From the NCBI GenBank assembly GCA_038831915.1, contig JAWBKB010000007.1, positions 1 to 64,000 of the forward strand: DNA of 64,000 nt, read 5' to 3'. Source of the stretch: Candidatus Caldarchaeum sp. Its GTDB lineage: Archaea; Thermoproteota; Nitrososphaeria_A; Caldarchaeales; Caldarchaeaceae. The translations under genes were made by a program, and so were the position numbers. This document shows positions 49,521 to 57,891 of this stretch, piece after piece (the first letter of the stretch is position 1; every line of letters starts with the position of its first letter). The notes below the pieces were generated by a model, which did not search any database, was not told the origin of the DNA, and worked only from the letters and a program-made list of their open reading frames with translations.

Positions 49521-50210
49521 TTACACTACTGCCCGGCCACAGTTTGGACACGTCCCGTTTATGTTCACGTACGCGTCGAGACATCCTGAATGAAAGACAA
49601 CGCTGCACGATGTACACCGGACAGCGTTTTCCGAGGTTACAGAGGTGTAGCAAATCGGGCAGACAATTCCTTCTTCAACTGATTCGACAGCTTCGAAGGA
49701 GGTGGTTTCTGCTGGTTGAGCTGTCGAGGCGGTTTCATGGATGCCATAGTACCCTGGGTAGGGGATTTCCACTGTTCGAGGCTTGGTAACCAACGCAAGA
49801 AAACCCAACGCGATTATTACGACGGCGCTGAAAAGGGATATGAAAAACCCTGGCTGCGGCTCTCCAACAACTCCCAAACCCGGAATAATGACGAAATTAA
49901 GGTAGAGAGGCGAGGTTACGCAAATTAAGCCGCCGCCTAACGCCAAGCTGGAGAGAATCAAACGAACAACGGAGGGCTTGGACGAAAAAGATGTAGCCAG
50001 CAAAGCTATTCCTGCGACAACGCCTCCGATGGACGATAGTGCAAGAGTCACTGGCAGTATGTAGCCGCTCACCACGCTTTCCGAAACCGTATCCGCTCTC
50101 ACCTCATACCATGGCAGCAAAAGAGTCAAAATATGAAGGCTCGCGGCGAGAGCCATCACAGACCCTATCTGAAAAAATCGAACAAGGAGACGACGTTCAG
50201 TTATCGCCAT
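49521..50210 (-). CDS. 4-TM membrane protein with C-terminal C4HC3 RING domain (candidate membrane E3 ligase)
   Basis: Four hydrophobic helices; C-x2-C-x11-C-x2-C-x4-H-x2-C-x10-C-x2-C at C-terminus. Confidence 0.78.
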   Translation of the reverse strand: MAITERRLLVRFFQIGSVMALAASLHILTLLLPWYEVRADTVSESVVSGYILPVTLALSSIGGVVAGIALLATSFSSKPSVVRLILSSLALGGGLICVTSPLYLNFVIIPGLGVVGEPQPGFFISLFSAVVIIALGFLALVTKPRTVEIPYPGYYGIHETASTAQPAETTSFEAVESVEEGIVCPICYTSVTSENAVRCTSCSVVFHSGCLDAYVNINGTCPNCGRAVV

Positions 50211-50317
50211 GTCCTTCCACTCAGTTATTCCCCACGATATAAAAACATGTTTTACAGGTTTTTTCGAAACTTTATCCTGCGATAGAGTTTATAATCACGT
50301 GCAAAAGCAGGTTAACC

Positions 50318-51151
50318 ATGGGCCTGCTTCCCAGGAAGACAGACAGCTTGACCGACCTTAAGAAAGAGGTTGCGGCCATCCGTGTTCAGCTTATCGAGAA
50401 AATGGAGGAAAGAATCAGCCTCCTCGAAGAAGCGTTGGCCAAGCTGAAGGAAGATGTCAGGCTGATTCTTGAACAGCTTTCCGCTCCTCAACGAACTCTT
50501 TCATCAATTCAAACAGTTTTGGAGAGAGCTGTTGTGCTGAACGATGCCGTTGAAGCTCTGAAAGGTATTGCGGAGGAAGTGAAGACCATTCGTGACAGCC
50601 TTCACGAAACCAGCGACTTGATTTCGAATCAACGGATGGAACTGATAAAAGATTATCAAAAACTCAAGGCAGAGAGGGAAAGTTTGGCGAAACTTCGAGA
50701 AGAAGTAGTGAGGTGGAGAAACGAGCTTGAACAAAAGGAGAAACAAATAGCCGAAGCTCAAGAAACTCTGAAAAACCTGATACGGAAGAAGGAAAGCCTC
50801 GAAGAAGAAATCCGTGTGTTAAACGAACGCTACATGGCTGGTTTTGAGGAAGCCCAGAAAAAACTGGAGAACTTCGGTAAGGAGATGGATAAGATGTTCA
50901 AACTGCGTGAAATAAGGATGGAACGCATGATTCGGCGAGAGAAAGAGCTTGAAGAAAGGCTGGCTTTCCTCGAAAACAGCAAGGCTGAAGCTGAAAAGCT
51001 CATCGAAACCGCGAACGCAGTGAAGGAGGAAATCAAGAAGCTTGAAACATACAGAGACTCCCTGGCTAAGGAGATCGATGAAATGGAAAAAAGGCGGACG
51101 GAGCTAAACGAATTGATAACGGAGATGCGCAGAGCCTTTCTGACTTCATAG
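50318..51151 (+). CDS. Long coiled-coil protein
   Basis: Almost entirely E/K/L/R heptad repeats; TTTATAA box ~30 nt upstream. Confidence 0.75.
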   Translation: MGLLPRKTDSLTDLKKEVAAIRVQLIEKMEERISLLEEALAKLKEDVRLILEQLSAPQRTLSSIQTVLERAVVLNDAVEALKGIAEEVKTIRDSLHETSDLISNQRMELIKDYQKLKAERESLAKLREEVVRWRNELEQKEKQIAEAQETLKNLIRKKESLEEEIRVLNERYMAGFEEAQKKLENFGKEMDKMFKLREIRMERMIRREKELEERLAFLENSKAEAEKLIETANAVKEEIKKLETYRDSLAKEIDEMEKRRTELNELITEMRRAFLTS

Positions 51152-51457
51152 TTTCAAAGCTTTCCTTATCTGCGCCACGGATGCCGACAGCTCCCCCAAC
51201 GCGTTTAGAATTTCATGAATGTCGTCTGAAAGAATTGTCAATTGGTCTTCGATGTATTTGAGTCGCCTTTCAACATTTTCGGGTGTCTGTCTCGCTTCCT
51301 GGATTGCTTTGATTTTCTCGTTGATATTTTCTATTTCGTTCAGTATTTCGCCTATGAGCTCAGCGAGCTGCCGGACTCCGTCGAAACGTGCAACTGGGCC
51401 TTTCGGCGTTTCGAGGTAGTCGAGTTCAATTACTTTTTCCTCTTCTTCCCCGCTCAT
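51146..51457 (-). CDS. Coiled-coil protein, last gene of ubiquitin operon
   Basis: ATG 1 nt after srfp stop with GAGGT RBS; heptad pattern. Confidence 0.75.
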   Translation of the reverse strand: MSGEEEEKVIELDYLETPKGPVARFDGVRQLAELIGEILNEIENINEKIKAIQEARQTPENVERRLKYIEDQLTILSDDIHEILNALGELSASVAQIRKALKL

Positions 51458-51458
51458 G

Positions 51459-51683
51459 TCAAACCTCGACCAACATCCTTCTACATAATGGACATGTTTG
51501 CTTGACCACAAGCCAGTCGTCAAAACAGGAGAGATGTCCAATAGCGCCGCAGTGGGGACATGAATAGGTTTTTTCGTTGGCGAGTTCCAGCCCGCAGATA
51601 ACGCATGTTTCAGCCTTGGGCTTTTCTCTCTCTTCGAACGGATTCCAGAACCCAGCGTTAACTGTCCTAATTACTATTTTCAA
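51459..51683 (-). CDS. srfp: Small RING-finger protein (E3 ligase)
   Basis: CVIC-x11-CPHC-x4-H-x2-C..W..CPLC; follows E1 as in the C. subterraneum operon. Confidence 0.92.
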   Translation of the reverse strand: MKIVIRTVNAGFWNPFEEREKPKAETCVICGLELANEKTYSCPHCGAIGHLSCFDDWLVVKQTCPLCRRMLVEV

Positions 51684-52848
51684 CGAATTTCACCTTCACC
51701 ACTAACGGAGTTGCTCTTCTGCTCGAATGGATATAAACTATGTCGCCGTCTCGAAGAATGGAGCCTATATCCGTAGAAGATTCCTCCAAAAGCCGTGTTC
51801 CCCTCTGAATACGGGTATCAGGAAACATGAAAAGGTTTGAAATTTTTTCCTTCAAGTCGGCGATTGATTCATTTGCGGAGACAGTGATTTCAACAGCTTT
51901 TTCTGCATCGTGGCCGCATACGTGGCAGTGTGGGTTTTTCTCCAGCTTGATGCGGGAAAGCCGTGGCGTGAGGCCGTCGAACATCATCAGACCGCTGAAA
52001 GGCTGGCCGAAAGAGCCAGAATGAAGCAGCCTGACGACTTCAAAGACACCGAGCCCGGAAATGGTCGCTGAAACGGACTGCAACGCGGGCATCTTCGGCG
52101 TAAGGTAATCTCTCATCTCCAAAACTTTGTGCCGCAGGTCAGATTCCAACGAGGCGAGGACCGTTGCGGGAGCGAATTTTATGTCATATATTGTTTTGAT
52201 GTTCTGTTCGAAGAGTTTTTCGGCATCCTCTAAACTAATCTGGATACCTTTTTCTTTTAGTTCATCCACAAGCTCAGCAGGTTTTTTCCGGCGTAGTGAA
52301 CATTCTGAAGCCTGAATTTCGGCTGGAATAAGGTTTTCCGCGTGACATTCGAGACAACACGTTTTCCCGGGAATAACAACTTGAACGTTGCCATAATATC
52401 CGTCGGTCGCGACATCGACAAGCGGTTTATTTGTCACAACCACCATCGAATTTATCCAACGACGTGTAGGCCAATTATCTACCGCGCTAACAACCACATC
52501 TACTCCGCTGAAAACCTCCTCTGGAATTTTTCTCACATCTGTTTGGATGCCTGAAACCCGAACAAGCGGATTCATCTCTCTAATTTTCCTTTCCGCGACC
52601 AAAGCTTTCGGCTTCGAAATGTCTTCATCCGTGTAGAGCATCTGTCGACTGAGGTTGGAAAGTTCCACGTAGTCGTTGTCGACGAGGAGCAGTTCTCCTA
52701 TACCCATCAAAGCTAGGTTTTTCGCGATTTCGCATCCAAGAGCTCCTACTCCCACGACGATTACTTTAGCTGAAGATAATTTCCCCTGATTCCATCCGTG
52801 GAGCCTCATCTGCCTATCGTATCTCGCTAGAGCGTCGACGCCGTCCAA
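51667..52848 (-). CDS. e1l: Ubiquitin-activating enzyme E1-like
   Basis: RYDRQ, GVGALG, ELSNLSRQ, CLEC, catalytic-type Cys (SECS), CHVC, C-terminal ubiquitin-fold-like domain. Confidence 0.93.
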   Translation of the reverse strand: MDGVDALARYDRQMRLHGWNQGKLSSAKVIVVGVGALGCEIAKNLALMGIGELLLVDNDYVELSNLSRQMLYTDEDISKPKALVAERKIREMNPLVRVSGIQTDVRKIPEEVFSGVDVVVSAVDNWPTRRWINSMVVVTNKPLVDVATDGYYGNVQVVIPGKTCCLECHAENLIPAEIQASECSLRRKKPAELVDELKEKGIQISLEDAEKLFEQNIKTIYDIKFAPATVLASLESDLRHKVLEMRDYLTPKMPALQSVSATISGLGVFEVVRLLHSGSFGQPFSGLMMFDGLTPRLSRIKLEKNPHCHVCGHDAEKAVEITVSANESIADLKEKISNLFMFPDTRIQRGTRLLEESSTDIGSILRDGDIVYIHSSRRATPLVVKVKFVENSN

Positions 52849-52850
52849 TA

Positions 52851-53357
52851 CTACAGACCCTTCCTACGGCTTCGTCTAAAAGCTTGTTCAGGTGTTGCGA
52901 ATTCTTGTATAAATTGTTTGACACGGGCTACAAACCAGTCGGGCCTGTTTTTGTATTCAAAGGCGGCGAAAGGGTTTAAGGGGTCTTCTGGATTAGGGTT
53001 TGTTAAAAGATTTCTGAGCGACTCGATGACCGCAACCAGTCTAAGAGTGGGCGACCAATGGTCTTTGAATATAGATTCACAAACCCTGGCTGGAACGGTG
53101 TCGGAAAAGTTGGGATGCCATATTCGAGTGTGCCAGATCACGTCCGGGGGGTAAAAAGGATAAGAACGAGGTAGAATGATTTCTACCCGGAAAAACCCTC
53201 CTTCATAAATGCCCGAACCGATGATAACTCCTTCGTAATGAGTTAAATCGTTTTCGACCGGTGTGAAGGTAGGTTCGTTTTCCTGAATTAGAGAATATTC
53301 AAGCGCCAGCCTCCTGTACCAAGCGTTTTCAGGAAGCTCCACTGACTGTGTTTCCAT
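52851..53357 (-). CDS. e2l: Ubiquitin-conjugating enzyme E2-like
   Basis: YEGG.F, YPFYPP, HPN..VC, WSP, PNPEDPLN UBC motifs. Confidence 0.95.
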   Translation of the reverse strand: METQSVELPENAWYRRLALEYSLIQENEPTFTPVENDLTHYEGVIIGSGIYEGGFFRVEIILPRSYPFYPPDVIWHTRIWHPNFSDTVPARVCESIFKDHWSPTLRLVAVIESLRNLLTNPNPEDPLNPFAAFEYKNRPDWFVARVKQFIQEFATPEQAFRRSRRKGL

Positions 53358-53592
53358 CGCCACCCACCGTCCGCGTGATGAGAACAAATTTGTCTCCGTC
53401 AGAAACGCCGATGCTTTCGAGAGTTTCGGTGTCTTTGAGCGCTCTGCCTTTGTAGGTGAGCCTCGTGGTGTCGGGTGGGAGCTTCTTCATCGCGCATACT
53501 TTTGTTCTCACGGCACCGACGGTGGCGCTGGGTGAAACCTCAAGTTCGAGCGGTGATCCTCCGCCAACTGCAGGAACAATCTTAATTTTCAT
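53329..53592 (-). CDS. ubq: Ubiquitin (pro-form with 9-aa C-terminal extension)
   Basis: RLTYKGRALKD..L..G...GD..LITRTVGG followed by DGNTVSGAS. Confidence 0.95.
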   Translation of the reverse strand: MKIKIVPAVGGGSPLELEVSPSATVGAVRTKVCAMKKLPPDTTRLTYKGRALKDTETLESIGVSDGDKFVLITRTVGGDGNTVSGAS

Positions 53593-53732
53593 TCTGCAGT
53601 CTTTCCATCCTATGCATATATAAGGTTTAACCGAACGTGAAACATCGAAGTGTTTAACATCATAACTAGATATTTTTGAAAATCAAAGTTAAAACCGTCA
53701 TTTTTATAACTTTGCGTAAACTTTCCCAGACG
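53593..53732. promoter_or_regulatory. Divergent promoter region between ubq operon and rpn11
   Basis: TATA-like TTATATA (minus, ~53617-53623) before ubq and TTTTATAA (~53702-53709) before rpn11. Confidence 0.6.
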
Positions 53733-54347
53733 ATGCGCGTTCGTATCTATCCACTGGCCCTAGGAAAAATAATCAAACATTCGACCCAAACGTTAAACAG
53801 AGAAGTTGCTGGATTATTGATTGGAAAGTCGGTCGGCCAGGTTTTAGAGATATGGGACGCCATGACCGGTGAGCAGTATGGGACACCGGCTTACGTTCAG
53901 CTCGATGAAACGGTGATGGCGAAAGTTGCTGAAGAACTAGCAAATTTGGACAAAGGACTTTACATCGTGGGATGGTATCATTCACATCCTGGACTGGATG
54001 TCTTTCTTTCGCCGACCGACATCGACACGCAAAAGCGGTACCAAATGTTGTACAGCAAAGCGGTTGCGCTGGTGATAGACCCGGTTGAATACGCCAAAAC
54101 TCATAAAGTTTCGTCTCTCAAGTTTAAGGTCTTTCAAATTTCAAAGGACGGCAGAGTTGTTTCGTTGCCTGTCTCCATTGGTGTTCATAGGGCGAAACTG
54201 ATTGAAAGCACGCTGCATGCATTAAGCACTTTCGACATTAGGCATTTGTTCGGAGAGTCTGAGAGTAAGACGGTGGCCGATTTGCAGTCGGGGTCTTCTC
54301 ATGGATTTCTCGGAAAAGCTAAAAAGCTGTTCGGCGGTGATAGATAA
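53733..54347 (+). CDS. rpn11l: Rpn11-like JAMM deubiquitylase
   Basis: REVAGLLIG and GWYHSHPGLDVFLSPTD JAMM motif. Confidence 0.94.
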   Translation: MRVRIYPLALGKIIKHSTQTLNREVAGLLIGKSVGQVLEIWDAMTGEQYGTPAYVQLDETVMAKVAEELANLDKGLYIVGWYHSHPGLDVFLSPTDIDTQKRYQMLYSKAVALVIDPVEYAKTHKVSSLKFKVFQISKDGRVVSLPVSIGVHRAKLIESTLHALSTFDIRHLFGESESKTVADLQSGSSHGFLGKAKKLFGGDR

Positions 54348-54372
54348 TAGCCTTCGGTGAGGGCACGTAAAA

Positions 54373-55173
54373 TTGCCTAAGAAAATCACGCTCAGGATTA
54401 AGCCAATCAGTCAGCCGCAGCAGCAAGAACAAACTCCAGAGATAGAAGCCGTGCCCTCGCCTCCGCCTGTCGAGCCGCCCACCGTCGAAGAGAAATGGGA
54501 GGAACCTGTGCCAGTCGAGCAAAGACCATCGGTGCCAGACCAAAGTTTAGAGGATATTTTACAACGCTATGATGAGTTGATGAAGGAAATTGGGCGGATA
54601 AAGATTAGCGATAAGAACTTTGTCAATTACTGCAAAAACGCAGAACAGCTGAGTCCGAGGCTTATCAGGGGGATTTTAGGCCGGTTAGCGGATAAGCGGA
54701 ACGAGATTTTGGAAAGGAGCGTTCAGGTTCTCGAGCAGCTCAAAGTTGTTAGGGAAGAGATTGGCGGAGAATTCGCAAAAATTGAAGAGGAATTGATTTG
54801 GTCGAGCATCGAGCTAAACACCATGCAGCTCGAGATAGGAAAGGGCGGGACAAAAAATGTGGGGTTGAAAGAGGAGCTTGAAGCACGGATACCAGAGCTT
54901 CGGAAGAAATTGGCAGAGCTTCGAAACAGACTCAAAACCGTCGACGAGCTGATAAAGCAGTTGACCGACCTACCAAAAACCATAGTCGACATGACCACAA
55001 ACAAAGAAGAAGCCGCGAAACTGCTTGAAGAGATTAAGAAAAAGCTGATGCTAACTCATGGTCCACGGGCAGAGGCTGTTGCGAGAGCTGAAATTGAGAA
55101 AATAGCTCAGCAGGAATCAATTCCACGAGAATATGCCACTATTTTGTTGTGGAGACATTTGTCAACGCGTTAA
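54373..55173 (+). CDS. Pro-rich N-terminus + coiled-coil protein downstream of rpn11
   Basis: GGTGAGG RBS before TTG; PSPPPVEPP region then long helical heptads. Confidence 0.72.
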   Translation: MPKKITLRIKPISQPQQQEQTPEIEAVPSPPPVEPPTVEEKWEEPVPVEQRPSVPDQSLEDILQRYDELMKEIGRIKISDKNFVNYCKNAEQLSPRLIRGILGRLADKRNEILERSVQVLEQLKVVREEIGGEFAKIEEELIWSSIELNTMQLEIGKGGTKNVGLKEELEARIPELRKKLAELRNRLKTVDELIKQLTDLPKTIVDMTTNKEEAAKLLEEIKKKLMLTHGPRAEAVARAEIEKIAQQESIPREYATILLWRHLSTR

Positions 55174-55563
55174 AGGCCTGAACTTAACTCCGTAAGCTAT
55201 CAGACGGGATTCGCCGTCGACTCTGATTTTTCTTACAACCGTTTCAACTGGCATTCCGGGATGGAGCTGCTCCGGCTCGCAATCGGTCATCTGTCCAACA
55301 AGCTTCGTTCCGTCATCCATTTCAACCCAAGCCACTATGTAAGGCACGTATTTCTCCAAGCCAAACTGAGCCTGCCAAACAACTGAAAAATGTTTCAGCC
55401 TACCAGTTGATGGTAACCGTTCCCTTTCAAGCTTTTTAGACCCGCATCTCCTGCAGACTTTCCTGTTTAGAGGATGGAAATGACCACAGCTTCCGCATCT
55501 CGTCCCCTCCAGTCTATAGATGAAAGGACGTAATCGCCAGTATGATGGCGGCCTCGTGGACAT
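55162..55563 (-). CDS. DUF35 Zn-ribbon/OB-fold scaffold protein
   Basis: CGSC..CRRC, PY, YGVKFRP; follows thiolase. Confidence 0.9.
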   Translation of the reverse strand: MSTRPPSYWRLRPFIYRLEGTRCGSCGHFHPLNRKVCRRCGSKKLERERLPSTGRLKHFSVVWQAQFGLEKYVPYIVAWVEMDDGTKLVGQMTDCEPEQLHPGMPVETVVRKIRVDGESRLIAYGVKFRPLTR

Positions 55564-55564
55564 T

Positions 55565-56719
55565 TCATCCCACCCCCTCTACAACGACTGCACCCGCATA
55601 GGCTCCGAGACCAGCCAAAGATGTAACCAGACCTGACCTAGCACCTTCAACCTGATTTTTGCCTGCGTCACCCACAACCTGCAGGTATGCCTCCACGACG
55701 GCGTAAACAGCTGAAGCTCCGAACGGGTTTCCTCTCCCCTTCAATCCTCCGAACGTGTTGACGGGTTTTTCGCCCGAAAGAGACCAGTATCCCTTCCTCA
55801 CGGCGTGACAGGCTTCACCGCGGTCGATAAATCCCATCGCTTCAAGCGACAACGGAGCCAAAAAGCTGTAGCTGTCGTGAAGCTCGATGAAACTGATTTC
55901 CTTTTTTGTCAGTCCTGCGGATTTTAGTGCGCGATCGGCTGCGATTGACAAGCTTTTTATCTCTAATGGGTCTTCACGGTCAAACGGTGAAAGATAGTCT
56001 GAAGCGAATCCGAAACCCATTAAATAGGCTTTGCCAGCGTTGAGAAGCTTTGAATATCCTTCGGAGAGTAGAAGAACCGCGGCCGCTCCGTCGGCGGGTG
56101 ACGTGGTTTCAAGGCGGTGAATCGGTTCGGCTACGTAAGGGGAATTCATGACAGAATCTACCGATATTTTGAATTGATATTGGGCATGCGGCGCGGTCGC
56201 CGAATGTTCATGGCTCAGAACCGAGAAGTAAGCAATGTCCTCTTGTTCAAGAGCATGTCTTTTCATGTATTCTTTGTAGAGGAGAGCGGCTTCGGCGAGC
56301 TGAGTAACTCCAAGCGATGCGGTGTATTCGGCCGGTTCCTCCATCGACGCAAGCGTAACAGCTTCTTCTGTGGTGATATCCGACATCTTCTCGGCACCAA
56401 CCACAAGCACTGCTTTATGCAGGCCCGAAGCGATGGAAAGGGCCGCTGAATACAGGGCCGCAAGGCCCGAAACACCTCCTGCTTCGACCCGTGTCGCGGT
56501 TATTCCACGTAGCCCGAGTATTTCAGCGAGGTAACTACCTAAGTTAACCTGTTCCTGCAAGGTTTCCGCGAAGACGTTTGAAACATATACGGCATCAATA
56601 TTCGTAAATCCGGATTTCTCCAGCACAGCGAGGCTCGCTTCAGCCATCAAGTCCATTAAAGATTTTTCCCAATGTTCGTCGACCTTGGTCAACCCAGCGC
56701 CGCCGATAGCCACTTTCAA
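55565..56719 (-). CDS. Thiolase-fold protein lacking canonical catalytic Cys/His
   Basis: GAEKM, DGAAA, ELHD, VNTFGGL; RVEAGGVSG and GNP in place of Cys and GHP motifs. Confidence 0.82.
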   Translation of the reverse strand: MKVAIGGAGLTKVDEHWEKSLMDLMAEASLAVLEKSGFTNIDAVYVSNVFAETLQEQVNLGSYLAEILGLRGITATRVEAGGVSGLAALYSAALSIASGLHKAVLVVGAEKMSDITTEEAVTLASMEEPAEYTASLGVTQLAEAALLYKEYMKRHALEQEDIAYFSVLSHEHSATAPHAQYQFKISVDSVMNSPYVAEPIHRLETTSPADGAAAVLLLSEGYSKLLNAGKAYLMGFGFASDYLSPFDREDPLEIKSLSIAADRALKSAGLTKKEISFIELHDSYSFLAPLSLEAMGFIDRGEACHAVRKGYWSLSGEKPVNTFGGLKGRGNPFGASAVYAVVEAYLQVVGDAGKNQVEGARSGLVTSLAGLGAYAGAVVVEGVG

Positions 56720-56722
56720 AAA

Positions 56723-57769
56723 CTACACCCTGATCTTTTCCCTGAACTTGAGATATGTCGAGTAATCGATTTCTCTATTTCTTTCAAGCAAATCCTCAAA
56801 GCTGGGAGCTCGATTTCTTTTCTCTTCTATGCCGTCGCATACTGTCAAAACGAATGAATCGCTTCCCGCTCCCGAGCCATACGATGTGAAAAGTATCCGT
56901 TGGCCGGGAACGGCTTTGTCGAGGATTTTGGCCAAGCCGATCATGGAGCACGCGGCGTAGGTGTTTCCGATGACGTCTGCCACAATGCCTGGCTTTACTT
57001 TTTCAAGTGGAATCGATAGAATCTTTGCGACGGCTAGGGGAAATTTGACGTTCGGTTGATGAAATACGAAGTAGTCGATGTCGTTGACAGTGAAACCATT
57101 TTCACCCATGACGGCGGAAACTGCTGAAATCGTGTGATGGAAGTATGCAGGCTCACCAGTGAACCGCGACGCATGCATGGGATATCTTTCGTAACTTCTT
57201 CTCCAAAAGTCAGGCGTGTCGCTTACGTAGGAGGTGGCATATTCAAATTTCGCAATGCAGTCGTTTGAATTTCTTCCAATAAGTAAAGCCGCGGCTCCGC
57301 TTGCTGCCGTGAATTCCAGTGCGTCACCGGGCCTCCCCTGAGCCGTGTCAGCTCCAATAGCCAGCCCGTAATCGATTCTTCCAGCTTCAACCAAAGCCGT
57401 TACCATCTGGACAGCTTCGGTTCCAGCTTTACACGCGAACTCAAAGTCAGAAGATGTAAATTTGCGAGAGACGCCCAATATTTCACCGACGATGGAGCCG
57501 GACGGCTTGACGGCATATGGCTTCGATTCCGTACCTACATGAACGGCCTGAATCTTAGAAGCATCGATGCCAGCCCGAGCTAAAGCATATCTAGCCGCTT
57601 CCACGGCCATAGTGACCGTGTCTTCATCCAAACCAGCCACGGCTTTTTGTTTCACCGGAAGCTCGGACGAACTTTTTCCCCAAATTCTTGCCATTTCTTC
57701 GCCTTTAATCCTAAAACGAGGAATATAGCAGCCGTAGCCGTGTATGGCTGCGTTTGATATTCGGGGCAT
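56723..57769 (-). CDS. Hydroxymethylglutaryl-CoA synthase (archaeal)
   Basis: ESKPYAVKP, EFACKAGT, RFTGEPAYFHH, HQPN, GNTY, SYGSGAG. Confidence 0.94.
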   Translation of the reverse strand: MPRISNAAIHGYGCYIPRFRIKGEEMARIWGKSSSELPVKQKAVAGLDEDTVTMAVEAARYALARAGIDASKIQAVHVGTESKPYAVKPSGSIVGEILGVSRKFTSSDFEFACKAGTEAVQMVTALVEAGRIDYGLAIGADTAQGRPGDALEFTAASGAAALLIGRNSNDCIAKFEYATSYVSDTPDFWRRSYERYPMHASRFTGEPAYFHHTISAVSAVMGENGFTVNDIDYFVFHQPNVKFPLAVAKILSIPLEKVKPGIVADVIGNTYAACSMIGLAKILDKAVPGQRILFTSYGSGAGSDSFVLTVCDGIEEKRNRAPSFEDLLERNREIDYSTYLKFREKIRV

Positions 57770-57891
57770 CGGAAATTTGTTCGGCTGGGTTGTATTAAAA
57801 TGCTTTTGCATATAGGCCTTTCGACAATCGCCTAAATTTCTAATATCGATGAAATTTAAACACCGCGAAACACATTGTCAAAACGAGAACA

